64,000 nt of DNA from Candidatus Omnitrophota bacterium (lineage in GTDB: Bacteria; Omnitrophota; Gorgyraeia; Zapsychrales; JANLHA01): assembly GCA_031423615.1 (NCBI GenBank), contig JANPFV010000082.1:4208-68207 (forward strand), in the 5' to 3' direction. Of the stretch, positions 21,291 through 31,379 are shown piece by piece (position 1 is the first letter of the stretch; each line of letters opens with the position of its first letter). The position numbers and the translations under genes are program-made. Below the pieces are notes generated by a model that had not been told where the DNA came from, searched no databases, and worked only from the letters and a program-made list of their open reading frames with translations.

Positions 21291-21986
21291 TCAGGATTTG
21301 TCAATCTTGTTATTGGCGGTAAAAACAAATCCTAACCGCCGTCCCGTCGCGGGATCGGTGATTTGCGATGTCATCTTGGCCTTTTCTTCTACCGAACATT
21401 CGTCTTCATATTTCACGGTCAAAACCCATGATGGCCTGGAACGATGATGGACTTTGGCAATCGGCTCTTGGCCCAGAAAACATCCCTTTGTGTAAGACAC
21501 AAAATCCTCTTCGCTCACATTGAGGAGCATTTCATCTTTATAGTCGATGCCCAAAAGAGGAATATTGTATTTCAGACGAAACAAAGTAAACTCTTCCCCG
21601 GAAACGCCAACGGGAAAATCCGCTGTCGTCAAAACAAGCTGTCCCTGTTTCTGCGGGATAACCCATTCCCCGGATTGAGGAGCATACCCCCCTTCAAGGT
21701 CAAAATAGACCAACAATTTTTCCTCTTCAATGAGGGTCCCGCTCAAACGGGCATAACGATTCACATGGTCATAGACGGCTTGCACAAAATTTTGCTCAAC
21801 AACAAGAAAAAATTTATCATCGCTGACCTTGATTTGATTAAAGGTCGCAATAATGCGGCCATGAATATTGACAAAAGCATTTTGCGGTTTATCCAGGGAG
21901 TTAGCCGTCAAACCATTGAGAAATTCCTGCGCCTTATGACTCACACTGAGGACTTTTTGGGCCGTCTTATACAGTCGCGTTACCAT
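21291..21986 (-). CDS. YgfZ/GcvT-like folate-binding protein
   Basis: VSYTKGCFLGQE signature; start at ATG 21986. Confidence 0.85.
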   Translation of the reverse strand: MVTRLYKTAQKVLSVSHKAQEFLNGLTANSLDKPQNAFVNIHGRIIATFNQIKVSDDKFFLVVEQNFVQAVYDHVNRYARLSGTLIEEEKLLVYFDLEGGYAPQSGEWVIPQKQGQLVLTTADFPVGVSGEEFTLFRLKYNIPLLGIDYKDEMLLNVSEEDFVSYTKGCFLGQEPIAKVHHRSRPSWVLTVKYEDECSVEEKAKMTSQITDPATGRRLGFVFTANNKIDKS

Positions 21987-22726
21987 GCCATTTCTTTCCG
22001 TTCTTTGAAAAACTTTCCCGTCGGGCCACTGTCCGGCGCTGTGGCCAGCCAAATCGCGGTGTCTGCTCCTTCTTCGACACTTAAAGGAGCTTGCGGACCT
22101 CCCATCTGAGTCTTGACCCAACCCGGAGACATACTATTAACGAGAATATTAAACTCCTTTAACTCGTGAGAAAACATCCGCGTTAAAACATTCAGCGCGG
22201 TTTTTGACAATCGATAGGCGGGATAACCGCCCTGCATATCGGTCAGCTGGCCCAGGCCGCTGGACACATTGACAATGCGGCCGTAATTATTTTTCTTCAT
22301 GAGCGGAATAAGAGCCTGGCACATTAATAAGGGACCGTAGACATTGGTCGTCAAAGCTTTATTGATGGTTTCAATCTTGACATGCAGGGCGCTGGAATCC
22401 GTCTCACCGCTCGCATTCCCGGAAAGAGAATCGGGAAAAATACCGGCATTGTTAACGAGAATGTCACAACGGCCAAATTCTTTTTCGACAAACTCGGCCA
22501 ATTGCATGATGCTCCCCGCATGATCGACGTCCAGCTCGTGAAAACGCACAGCCAATTCCTGCTTTTGTAATTTTTCAGCGGCCGCCAAGCCTTGGGCTTT
22601 GTCACGGCAGGATAAAATGACCAACATCCCCTTCGCGGCCAATTGCCGACAAATCTCCAACCCAATGCCGCGGTTACTGCCCGTCACAACAGCCACACGT
22701 TCTTTTAACAGGGAAGTGTTTTTCAT
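21980..22726 (-). CDS. SDR family oxidoreductase (carbonyl reductase-like)
   Basis: [23 protein letters not shown]. Confidence 0.93.
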   Translation of the reverse strand: MKNTSLLKERVAVVTGSNRGIGLEICRQLAAKGMLVILSCRDKAQGLAAAEKLQKQELAVRFHELDVDHAGSIMQLAEFVEKEFGRCDILVNNAGIFPDSLSGNASGETDSSALHVKIETINKALTTNVYGPLLMCQALIPLMKKNNYGRIVNVSSGLGQLTDMQGGYPAYRLSKTALNVLTRMFSHELKEFNILVNSMSPGWVKTQMGGPQAPLSVEEGADTAIWLATAPDSGPTGKFFKERKEMAW

Positions 22727-23499
22727 TTAGCCGCCCTCTTTCTCCCCCGAAAGTTTAAATAATCACAAAGAATGTCCTTATGATCAAATGCAAAATTACA
22801 ATCCCGAATCTCATTGAGAGAAATGACGCGCGCGCCTTGGGCGTCATCACCCGAACGCAACACCCCTTTTCCTTGCGCGGTAAAAACCATGGAAATGGTT
22901 TGAAAGCGCGGGTCCCGCCGCGGATCGGAATAAGCATGGAATTGTCTTAAGTTTTCTAATTTTAAATTGGTCTCTTCCTTGGCTTCCCGGATGGCTGCGC
23001 TCTCCAAGGTTTCTCCCCTATCGACAAAGCCTCCGGGCAACGCCAATCCATAGGGAGGATTGGTCCGCTCAATGACCACAATACCGCCGCGATAGGCAAT
23101 GATCATGTCCACCGTAACATAAGGACCGCAACCTAAACTTTCCTGCACATGATGAAGGTAACTGTACACCTGCTTTTTAAATAAAATAAAAGTCTTTTTA
23201 TCCTCGACAGCTAAAACCATTTCCTTTAAAACGCCGGGGAAAGCGCGACAAAAGCGCAAAATCTCCTGCGAAACGATTTTGGCAACACCCACAGCCGGAA
23301 AATCTTTTAGATTGCTCACAAAAAAAACCACTTTAATTCTTTTCCCTCTTTTCGCCGTGTTAAAAACATTGCGAAAAGTTTTACGAACTGAAAGCTCCGT
23401 CGGACAGCTGGGGAATTTTGTGGCGATAAAATCCGGGTCTCGCGATATTTTTTGAAAATCGCCTTTGATAATTTTAAATTGCGTCGATTGGATTAACAT
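22723..23499 (-). CDS. NUDIX hydrolase (ADP-ribose pyrophosphatase-like) with N-terminal macro-like region
   Basis: Nudix box [34 protein letters not shown]. Confidence 0.85.
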   Translation of the reverse strand: MLIQSTQFKIIKGDFQKISRDPDFIATKFPSCPTELSVRKTFRNVFNTAKRGKRIKVVFFVSNLKDFPAVGVAKIVSQEILRFCRAFPGVLKEMVLAVEDKKTFILFKKQVYSYLHHVQESLGCGPYVTVDMIIAYRGGIVVIERTNPPYGLALPGGFVDRGETLESAAIREAKEETNLKLENLRQFHAYSDPRRDPRFQTISMVFTAQGKGVLRSGDDAQGARVISLNEIRDCNFAFDHKDILCDYLNFRGRKRAAK

Positions 23500-23503
23500 T
23501 TCT

Positions 23504-24205
23504 TCAAGGTTTACGTTGTTTGATCAAAACATTGATCCGCGCAATCAATTCCGCAAACATATCATCTCCCTGCCGGACCGTAAGGGCTTTGCCGGATCTC
23601 CCGTCGATAACTTTATCTAAATCCCGCAGCACACGCTCATAAGGGCCCAGGACTTTGTTGCTGATTTTATAAGCCCAATAAAACAGCACAAAAATCGCAA
23701 AAATAACCGCCATTCCAGCCAGGATGATAAGAATTTTTTGCGGGTCAATACTTTGGCCGGTAATTCGGGAATCCGGAGCATAATCCCGCATTCCAAAGTA
23801 TTGATAGGCAAACAAGAAAGCCACACCGACGGAGAAAAACAAGGCCAATCCGGCCAGCACGCTGGGAAGGATCACTTTCTCTTTTTTTACAATAATTTTC
23901 CCTGAGGAAACATCCGCTCCCACGGCGGGAAAGGAATCTTTGACCTGATGGTTGACCAAAACGATAGCGATCAGGCTTAAAACCACCGCACCGGCGTTGG
24001 CCAGAATTAAAAACAGCGAATTGCGGCCCGGGCACTCGGTCAAAAGAATGCTTTCGACCGTCGAACTTTGCGGGAAAAAGAAAATCGCGTAACACATAGC
24101 CACGAAAAAAACCACGGTCAGCAAACACGCGACATAAAAAGGTTTTAGGACCCGCAGTTGAAACTTATTCAGTTCTAAAATTCCCCGCTTTACTTTTTCT
24201 GTCAT
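23504..24205 (-). CDS. Four-TM membrane protein with HAMP-like C-terminus
   Basis: Four hydrophobic helices; GPYERV...[16 protein letters not shown]. Confidence 0.65.
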   Translation of the reverse strand: MTEKVKRGILELNKFQLRVLKPFYVACLLTVVFFVAMCYAIFFFPQSSTVESILLTECPGRNSLFLILANAGAVVLSLIAIVLVNHQVKDSFPAVGADVSSGKIIVKKEKVILPSVLAGLALFFSVGVAFLFAYQYFGMRDYAPDSRITGQSIDPQKILIILAGMAVIFAIFVLFYWAYKISNKVLGPYERVLRDLDKVIDGRSGKALTVRQGDDMFAELIARINVLIKQRKP

Positions 24206-24217
24206 AGGGCCTCCCGT

Positions 24218-25648
24218 TTAAACTTTCTCTGCGATCCTTCTGGCCAACGCCAAAGCCTCAGATTTGCTTGTGATCTGACCCGTAGCCTGGGCCTCCTGCA
24301 CCTCTTGAAGGATTTTACCAAAAATCGGTCCGGGTTTGATTTTCAATTTCTTGATCACATCATGCCCGTTGATAAGACAAACAAAAGGCTTTTCCTTCTT
24401 CAACGCAAAAAACTTTTTTACCAAGCCCACGCACACCTCTTCATGATGTTTCTCGTCTATCTTAGTTGACAAAGGTCCGCGGGTGGAGCGTTGGTCGGCT
24501 ATGGACAAAAGCGCGATAGACGCGGCCTCATCCTTGGTATCACGAAAATAACGGAAAATCGCCCGCTCACTGGGATTTTTAAAATTGGCCAGATACCCCG
24601 GGCGCAAATGCCATAACACCGCATTTTCAAGAATCATTCGTTCCCGGCCCGACAGCAAAAGCAATTTGGCCACGGAGTGCACAATGTCTTGGCCGACATG
24701 CTCATGCCCATGAAAGGACATCCGGTCTTTTTCTTTTTTCCGGGTCTGAGGTTTCCCGATATCATGAAGCAAGGCGGCCAGTTTAAGAATTCCCCGCCGG
24801 GTACGACCTCCGGCCAAACTCTCATTGAGATACTCAACAACATCCGGGTCATCTTGATATTGATCAAAAACCCCTTCCAGTTGTTTGACCGTTTCCAAAG
24901 AATGCGGCCAAACATCCAAATGGTGATAGCCCCCCTGGGTCACCCGGTACATAACGGTAATCTGGGGAATGACTTTTTCTAGCAAACCCATTGTGTCCAT
25001 AGCCGCCAGATTTTCGGCCGCCGCCGAAGATTGTAAAACTTTAAACAATTCTTCGAGGATGCGTTCGCGGGCGACTTTGCGTAATAAATCTTTATCTTTC
25101 TTGATCTGGGCCAAAGTCTTGGGTTCGATATTAAATCCCAGTTGCGCCCGCAAGCTGTAGGCTCGCATCAAGCGCAAAGGGTCTTCCTTAAATGTTTTCG
25201 TCGAAACCATCTTCAAACGTTTGGCCTTAAGATCCTTGGTTCCGCCGAGAAAATCGGTGATGGATGTTGCAAAATCATCGGTGAGGATAAGATCGTTGAG
25301 CTTTACAGCAAGGGTATTGATGGTAAAGTCGCGGTGAGAAATATCGGCTTTGAGCGTCGCAGCGCGAAAGTCGGCAAAATCATAGGTCTCAATTTTATCG
25401 CCCTGTTTTTTGACCACTCGGGCGCACCCGCGTTCTTTGTCCAGGACGACAAAGGCGCCTTTGATCTGTTTGGCAAACGTCCGCGAAAAGGACAGTGCAT
25501 CTTTAGCCATCGCGAAGTCAAAATCATTTCCGTTTTTACCCAAAAGGGCATCGCGCAAAAAACCGCCCACAAGAAAAAGATCCATGTTTTTCTGTCGGCT
25601 CAATTTTTGCAAAGAAACCAAAAACGGATATTCAGCCAGAGTGGGCAT
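24218..25648 (-). CDS. Class II tRNA nucleotidyltransferase with HD domain
   Basis: VGGFLRD, DFDF, RDFTIN, EDPLRLMRA, LLHDIGK. Confidence 0.9.
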   Translation of the reverse strand: MPTLAEYPFLVSLQKLSRQKNMDLFLVGGFLRDALLGKNGNDFDFAMAKDALSFSRTFAKQIKGAFVVLDKERGCARVVKKQGDKIETYDFADFRAATLKADISHRDFTINTLAVKLNDLILTDDFATSITDFLGGTKDLKAKRLKMVSTKTFKEDPLRLMRAYSLRAQLGFNIEPKTLAQIKKDKDLLRKVARERILEELFKVLQSSAAAENLAAMDTMGLLEKVIPQITVMYRVTQGGYHHLDVWPHSLETVKQLEGVFDQYQDDPDVVEYLNESLAGGRTRRGILKLAALLHDIGKPQTRKKEKDRMSFHGHEHVGQDIVHSVAKLLLLSGRERMILENAVLWHLRPGYLANFKNPSERAIFRYFRDTKDEAASIALLSIADQRSTRGPLSTKIDEKHHEEVCVGLVKKFFALKKEKPFVCLINGHDVIKKLKIKPGPIFGKILQEVQEAQATGQITSKSEALALARRIAEKV

Positions 25649-25656
25649 GGAAAAGA

Positions 25657-26067
25657 TTATTCCGCGGCACTAAAGATTGAGGCCTTCTTTAAAACTTCCT
25701 CATCCACAAAAATGGGAGCACGGGCGCGCACGGCCAAGGCTACACCGTCGGAAGGCCGAGCATCGACGGTTTTGATTTTACCGTCAGCGGTTTTTAAGAG
25801 GACCTTGGCATGAAACGTGCTGTTGACAAGTTTATCGATGACCAGTTGATCGACTTTCGCACCCAGGCTTTCGATGGTCAGGTACAAAAGATCGTGCGTC
25901 AAAGGGCGGGGGGTTTCCACATTGGACAATTTCATTTTTATACTGGAAGCCTCTAAAAAACCGATAACGATCGGGAACTGGCGCTCGCCGTTTTTTTCCC
26001 TGAGAACGATGATCTGGTCCTGACGTTTTTCATCAATGATAATCTTACTCAGTTCGACTTGGATCAT
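25657..26067 (-). CDS. Bifunctional nuclease family protein (DUF151)
   Basis: PIVIG, PRPLTHDL, DARPSDGVALAVR. Confidence 0.92.
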   Translation of the reverse strand: MIQVELSKIIIDEKRQDQIIVLREKNGERQFPIVIGFLEASSIKMKLSNVETPRPLTHDLLYLTIESLGAKVDQLVIDKLVNSTFHAKVLLKTADGKIKTVDARPSDGVALAVRARAPIFVDEEVLKKASIFSAAE

Positions 26068-26071
26068 ATCC

Positions 26072-26554
26072 TTACACTCCCTTTTTCTTTAAGGAGGATT
26101 TTTCTCGCTCCAGAATAACTTTTAATTCATTCATAAACTGATTGACGTCGCGAAATTGTCGGTAAACCGATGCGAAGCGCACATAAGCGACTTCGTCCAG
26201 CGAAGCCAATTTCTCCATAATGATCTCGCCGATGGCCGTAGCACTGACTTCCCGTTCATATTTCTTTTGCAGGATCCTTTCAATTTCCGACGTCATCTGC
26301 TCAATCTTGTCGACACTGATCGGCCGCTTTTCGCACGCCTTGACAAGGCCGGAAATAATCTTTGTACGGTCAAACGGCTGACGGCGATTGTCGCGCTTGA
26401 TCACCATCAAAGGCACTTGCTCGATATATTCGTATGTGGTAAAACGTTTCTTGCATTTCAAACATTCTCGTCGGCGGCGGATGGACTTTCCTTCCGCGCT
26501 CAAACGCGAATCAACGACCTTTGTTTCTTTATAGTGGCAGGAAGGACATTTCAT
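26072..26554 (-). CDS. nrdR: Transcriptional repressor NrdR
   Basis: MKCPSC...VVDSR...[21 protein letters not shown] cone, [10 protein letters not shown]. Confidence 0.97.
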   Translation of the reverse strand: MKCPSCHYKETKVVDSRLSAEGKSIRRRRECLKCKKRFTTYEYIEQVPLMVIKRDNRRQPFDRTKIISGLVKACEKRPISVDKIEQMTSEIERILQKKYEREVSATAIGEIIMEKLASLDEVAYVRFASVYRQFRDVNQFMNELKVILEREKSSLKKKGV

Positions 26555-26569
26555 AAATAAAAATCCAAT

Positions 26570-27808
26570 CTAGAGATTCGGATACAACGGGAAGGCCTTG
26601 GTCAATTCTAAAACGACCTGTTTGACCTCCTTTAACTTGTCCTCATTTGCATGATTGACAATCGCCCCGTCAATCAACTTCGCCACGTCCTCCATTTGCG
26701 CTTCTTTCATTCCGCGCGTCGTCAACGCCGGGGTGCCGATCCGGATCCCGCTGGTCACCATGGGGCTGGCCGGATCAAAGGGGATCAAGTTTTTATTGAC
26801 GGTGATATTCACTTTATCGAGAATCTCCGACGCATCCTTTCCGGTGACATTTTTGGGACGAAGGTCGACCATAAAAAGATGGTTGTCGGTCCCGCCGGTG
26901 ACGATGCGAAAACCCCGTTTTCCCAATTCCGCCGCAAGCGTCCGGCAATTCTTTAAAATCTGCGCTTGGTACTCCTTAAATTCAGGTTGTAACGCTTCTT
27001 TAAAAGAAACCGCTTTGGCCGCGATCACATGCATTAAAGGACCGCCCTGAAGGCCGGGAAAAACATTGGTGTCAATCTTTTTGGCGAATTCGGCCCGACA
27101 AAGAATCATTCCGCCGCGCGGACCACGCAAGGTTTTGTGCGTCGTCGTAGTGACAAATTCGGCGTAGGGCACGGGGTTAGGATGCAGGCCGGCCGCAACC
27201 AAACCCGCAAAATGGGCCATATCTACAAAAAGATAGGCTCCCACGGAATCACAAATCTCCCGAAACTTTTTAAAATCCCATGTCCGCGAATAGGCGGACG
27301 CGCCGGCAATGATCATTTTCGGCCTATGCTCTTTGGCCAACGCCGCGACTTCATTCATGTCGATCATTTCTGTTTTGGGATCGACCTTGTAAGCGACCAT
27401 GTTGTAAGTCTTGCCGGAAAAATTCATTTTATGCCCATGGGTCAAATGCCCCCCGCACGCCAAGTCCAAACCTAAAACCGTATCACCCGGATTGGCCGCA
27501 ACATTGTACACGGCATTATTGGCCTGCGAACCAGAATGGGGCTGAACATTAACGTGCTCGGCACCAAAAATTTGTTTGGCGCGATCGATCGCCAATTGTT
27601 CAGCCACGTCGACAAATTCGCATCCGCCGTACCAGCGCCGGCCGGGATAACCTTCCGCATATTTATTGGTCAGAATCGATCCTTGCGCTTGGAGTACAGC
27701 TTGTGAAACAATATTCTCGGAAGCAATCAATTCCAAATTATTGCGCTGGCGAGCGAGTTCGTTTTCAATCGCTTTAAAAATTTCCGGATCCCTATGTTTT
27801 AAATCCAT
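26570..27808 (-). CDS. glyA: Serine hydroxymethyltransferase
   Basis: [28 protein letters not shown]; true start ATG 27808. Confidence 0.97.
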   Translation of the reverse strand: MDLKHRDPEIFKAIENELARQRNNLELIASENIVSQAVLQAQGSILTNKYAEGYPGRRWYGGCEFVDVAEQLAIDRAKQIFGAEHVNVQPHSGSQANNAVYNVAANPGDTVLGLDLACGGHLTHGHKMNFSGKTYNMVAYKVDPKTEMIDMNEVAALAKEHRPKMIIAGASAYSRTWDFKKFREICDSVGAYLFVDMAHFAGLVAAGLHPNPVPYAEFVTTTTHKTLRGPRGGMILCRAEFAKKIDTNVFPGLQGGPLMHVIAAKAVSFKEALQPEFKEYQAQILKNCRTLAAELGKRGFRIVTGGTDNHLFMVDLRPKNVTGKDASEILDKVNITVNKNLIPFDPASPMVTSGIRIGTPALTTRGMKEAQMEDVAKLIDGAIVNHANEDKLKEVKQVVLELTKAFPLYPNL

Positions 27809-27825
27809 AACGTCTCTCTTTCTGA

Positions 27826-27873
27826 TGGGTCCCGACGCTGCGGGCGGCAGAATATTTCCCGGCGCGTCACCCA
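27826..27873 (-). repeat. Dispersed hairpin repeat, internally deleted copy
   Basis: Minus strand GGGTGACGC...TCTGCCGCCCGCAGCGTCGGGACCC matches both ends of the 50212-50287 copy. Confidence 0.7.
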
Positions 27874-27876
27874 AGC

Positions 27877-28329
27877 TTACAAATGTCTTTTTTCAATGGC
27901 TTTGATTTGTTTCACCCGGCGCAAATGCCGGCCGCCTTCAAATTCCGTCACCAGCCAAAATTTCACGATGTCTTCAATATCATTGTCATGAGTAAACTTG
28001 GCGCCCAGAACCAAAATATTCGCGTTATTATGCTGGCGGGACAAAATAGCAGCTTCTTTAGAATAGCACAATGCCGCATACGCGCCGACCACCTTGTTTG
28101 CGGCAATCGAATGTCCTATTCCCGTCATACAGGCAAGGATCCCGCGGCTTCCCTTGGTTTTTACAACCTGTTCGGCCACTTTTTCAGAAATAGGCGGATA
28201 ATCGCACATGACCCCCGGCGCGAATGATCCGATATCGACGACAGTGTGGCCGAGCCTTTTTAAGAGAGGAATAATTTTGGCTTTCAGTTCAAACCCGCGA
28301 TGATCACCGCCGATAAAAATTTTCATCAA
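27877..28329 (-). CDS. rpiB: Ribose-5-phosphate isomerase B
   Basis: [30 protein letters not shown]. Confidence 0.95.
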   Translation of the reverse strand: MMKIFIGGDHRGFELKAKIIPLLKRLGHTVVDIGSFAPGVMCDYPPISEKVAEQVVKTKGSRGILACMTGIGHSIAANKVVGAYAALCYSKEAAILSRQHNNANILVLGAKFTHDNDIEDIVKFWLVTEFEGGRHLRRVKQIKAIEKRHL

Positions 28330-28344
28330 TGTCCCTTTTAACTT

Positions 28345-29409
28345 TTATAAAAGATTGACCAACTTCGCTACCGCGGCCTTGATCATCGACGCACATTCTT
28401 CGTATGTTTCAAAAGATTTTCCCATGGGATCAGGAATGTCTAATTCTCCGTCGTAACCCGGCCGTTCCTGCAAAAACTCCCGCAATTGATACACTCTTTT
28501 CTCAACAGCGGGGACGCGTTCCAAGACCTGTTGACGGTGGCTGCGCGTCATGACCAGAATCAAATCGGATTTGCGCAAAAGAATACTGTTGATCGGCTGC
28601 GATTGATGCCGGGAGGCGTCGATCCCTTCTTTTTTCAAAACACTCAGGGTCTCGGAACTGGCGGTGGTGTGAAAATAAACCGCAGTCCCGGCCGACGTCA
28701 CATCAACATTCCCTTTTCCCTTCAGCATATCTTTTAAAAGATATTCCGCCATGACCGAACGGCAACTGTTTCCGGTACAAACAAACAACACCAGCTTTTT
28801 TTGGGTGATCCGGTCAACATCCGCCTGGGTGATGGGGCCTTGCCGCAGAATCACCGGCTTATCTTGGGTAAAATCAATGACCGATGAGGCCAAACCAAAT
28901 TGGGCCTCTCCGCCGTCGATGGCGATATCGACGAGTCCATCAAGATCGTTGAGAGCCGCGGCGCATGTGGAAGGCGGATTATTGCCAGCAAAATTAGCCG
29001 ACGGGGCCGCGACCGTACATTGCGATTCCTGCACTAAATTCAACGCGATTTTATGTTGCGGAATGCGGACCCCGATCGTCCGGCCTTCTTCAAACGAAGG
29101 AACCACGACGGTCAGCGGACCCGGCCAGCATTCATCGATCAGCTTATAAACCTCAGGTGATTTCGTCGGCGTATAATTGGGCAAAAGTCCTTTTTGCGAA
29201 ATATGGATCGAAAAGGGTTTGTCGCCGTCGCGCCTTTTGACTTCCCGCAATCGGGCCATGGCTTTGGGATTATTAAAGTCCGCGGCAATTCCGTAAACTG
29301 TCTCCGTCGGAAAAACAACCAACCCGCCATTGCGGATGATCGCCGCGCAACGGGCAATGCGGTCCATTTCCGGAAACTCGGGATTGATTTTAATAATTTG
29401 CGTTTTCAC
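28345..29409 (-). CDS. Fusion of threonylcarbamoyl-AMP synthase (TsaC/Sua5/YwlC) and LMW protein phosphatase (YwlE-like)
   Basis: FPTETVYG, WPGPLT, APSAN, then VLFVCTGNSCRS and DIPDP in one frame; GTG start. Confidence 0.9.
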   Translation of the reverse strand: MKTQIIKINPEFPEMDRIARCAAIIRNGGLVVFPTETVYGIAADFNNPKAMARLREVKRRDGDKPFSIHISQKGLLPNYTPTKSPEVYKLIDECWPGPLTVVVPSFEEGRTIGVRIPQHKIALNLVQESQCTVAAPSANFAGNNPPSTCAAALNDLDGLVDIAIDGGEAQFGLASSVIDFTQDKPVILRQGPITQADVDRITQKKLVLFVCTGNSCRSVMAEYLLKDMLKGKGNVDVTSAGTAVYFHTTASSETLSVLKKEGIDASRHQSQPINSILLRKSDLILVMTRSHRQQVLERVPAVEKRVYQLREFLQERPGYDGELDIPDPMGKSFETYEECASMIKAAVAKLVNLL

Positions 29410-29493
29410 ACGATCGCTCTCTAAAGTCTCATTTCACCTTGTTATTCCCCAATCTTCCCTGCGCCACTTGATCCACGTAATTTTCTTTCCCTT

Positions 29494-29967
29494 CTATCCT
29501 TCCAAAATCTTCTTTCGTTGATCCTCGGAAAAAGCATCGAGCTTTTTGGCGATGGTTTCATCGGCCACACCCAGAATACGCAAAGCCAACAAGGCCGCGT
29601 TCTTGGCGCCAGGCTTTCCGATCGCCAAAGCTCCGACGGGAACGCCCGGCGGCATTTGCACCGTTGAGAGCAAGGAATCCAAACCGTCCAGAACAGATTC
29701 AATCGGAACACCCAGTACCGGCAAATTGGTATGGGCCGCAACAACGCCCGCTAAAGCGGCTGACCCGCCCGCTCCGCAAATGATCACTTGAATGCCTTTG
29801 GCTTTGGCGCTTTCAGCATACGCCGCGGTTTCGCGCGGTGTGCGGTGAGCTGATAGGACCTTGATCTCATAACCCACCCCGAAATCTTTTAAAATTCTTG
29901 CCCCCTCTTCCATCGTCGGAAGATCGCTTTTACTGCCCATCATGATGGCGACTTTAATATGCTCCAT
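29494..29967 (-). CDS. purE: PurE (N5-CAIR mutase / AIR carboxylase)
   Basis: MGSKSDLP, SAHRTP, GLDSLLSTVQMPPGVPV. Confidence 0.95.
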   Translation of the reverse strand: MEHIKVAIMMGSKSDLPTMEEGARILKDFGVGYEIKVLSAHRTPRETAAYAESAKAKGIQVIICGAGGSAALAGVVAAHTNLPVLGVPIESVLDGLDSLLSTVQMPPGVPVGALAIGKPGAKNAALLALRILGVADETIAKKLDAFSEDQRKKILEG

Positions 29968-29986
29968 TTTATCTCCCTTTTCAAAT

Positions 29987-30054
29987 CAGGTCTTGTCGCT
30001 GGGATCCTGGCGTCCTTACTTTCTTCCGGACAAAAAAATCCTGCGCGCCCCCTG
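29987..30054 (-). repeat. Dispersed hairpin repeat, degenerate copy
   Basis: Plus strand CAGGTCTTGTCGCTGGGATCCTGGCGTCCT...CTGCGCGCCCCCTG resembles GGTTCTGTCGCTGCGGGACTCTACCGTCCT...TTTGCGCCACCCG in the 50212 copy. Confidence 0.55.
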
Positions 30055-30058
30055 TGCT

Positions 30059-31375
30059 TTAACGTCCAACAACATCGACAGATTTTAAATTATTCTTCTT
30101 TAGGGCCTTGGCCCCAATATCGCGGCGGAAAAACATGTGATCAAATTTAATTTTTTCTACAGCAAGATAAACTTTTTTAATCGCATCTTTAATAGTGGCT
30201 CCCAAACTGACCACACTCAAAACCCGTCCTCCGGCCGTAATAATACTGTTGTCTTCTTTCTTTGTTCCCGCATGAAAAACCGCGGTGTCGTTCTCGGCTT
30301 CGGCCATATCCAACCCTTTGATTTCAAAACCCGTTTCATATTTCCCGGGATAACCCCCGGAACTCATCACGACACAAACGCAGGCTTGCTTGTCCCACTT
30401 CAGCTGAATTTCATTCAATCGTCCTTCACAGCTGGCCAGTATCATTTCTAAAAGATCATTTTTCAAACGAGGCAATACCGCCTGCGTTTCGGGATCGCCG
30501 AATCGGACATTGTATTCTAAAACTTGCGGCCCCTGGGGTGTGATCATCAATCCGGCATACAGCACACCTTTAAAAGGAATTCCTTCGCGGGCCATACCGC
30601 GGATGGTCGGCTCAATCACCCGCGCTTCTATTTTTCGTAAAAGCGTTTCCGTAACGATGGGCGCCGGTGAATACGCACCCATGCCTCCGGTGTTCGGTCC
30701 TAAATCATCGTCGAAAATACGCTTATGGTCCTGGGCCGATTCAAGAAGCAAATAATTTTCCCCGTCGCAAATCGCCAAAATCGATACTTCTTCGCCGGCT
30801 AAGAAATCTTCAATCACAACCGTTGCCCCGGCTTGCGCAAAAATTCTTTCTGTCATGATTTGGTTGATGGCCAGCGACGCTTCTTCCAATGTTTGACAGA
30901 TGACAACCCCTTTACCCGCGGCCAGTCCGTCAGCTTTAACGACTAAAGGAAATTGGGCATGATTCAAAAAAGCCAGAGCGTCTTCAACGCGGTCAAACGG
31001 CATGAAGGTCGCCGTCGGTATATTACACCGTAACATAAATTCTTTAGAAAAGACCTTACTACCTTCCAATTGGGCCGCCGCTTTACTCGGACCAAAGATT
31101 TTAAATCCGGCTTTTTCAAATTGATCGACAATACCGGCCGTCAATGGCGCTTCCGGGCCTACGACCGTCAGGCCGATCTTTTCTTTCTTGGCAAATTTTA
31201 ATAAACCGGCGATGTCATCACTCTGAATATTCACACACTCCGCAAGCGTCGCAATCCCCGGATTGCCCGGGCAACAATACAATTTCTCCAAGAGCGGGCT
31301 CTGTTTTAATTTCCACGCCAGGGCATGTTCACGGCCCCCGGAGCCAATCAGCAAGACTTTTAATTTCTTTTCCAT
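30059..31375 (-). CDS. purD: Phosphoribosylamine-glycine ligase
   Basis: GSGGREHA, KADGLAAGKGV, GPNTGGMGAY, RFGDPE. Confidence 0.97.
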   Translation of the reverse strand: MEKKLKVLLIGSGGREHALAWKLKQSPLLEKLYCCPGNPGIATLAECVNIQSDDIAGLLKFAKKEKIGLTVVGPEAPLTAGIVDQFEKAGFKIFGPSKAAAQLEGSKVFSKEFMLRCNIPTATFMPFDRVEDALAFLNHAQFPLVVKADGLAAGKGVVICQTLEEASLAINQIMTERIFAQAGATVVIEDFLAGEEVSILAICDGENYLLLESAQDHKRIFDDDLGPNTGGMGAYSPAPIVTETLLRKIEARVIEPTIRGMAREGIPFKGVLYAGLMITPQGPQVLEYNVRFGDPETQAVLPRLKNDLLEMILASCEGRLNEIQLKWDKQACVCVVMSSGGYPGKYETGFEIKGLDMAEAENDTAVFHAGTKKEDNSIITAGGRVLSVVSLGATIKDAIKKVYLAVEKIKFDHMFFRRDIGAKALKKNNLKSVDVVGR

Positions 31376-31379
31376 AAAT

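Noticed and set aside
26570-27874. Extended N-termini in the ORF track (glyA, dnaJ, purB, hemW, hsp20, YgfZ-like, integrase, FmdB)
   Set aside because: Downstream ATGs match family N-termini and SD positions; the extensions run through intergenic repeats or upstream genes
27809-27876. ZTP (pfl) riboswitch upstream of glyA
   Set aside because: GCCGCCCGC resembles the ZTP 3' stem, but the GACTGGCG and CCTGGG elements are missing; the sequence matches the dispersed repeat family better
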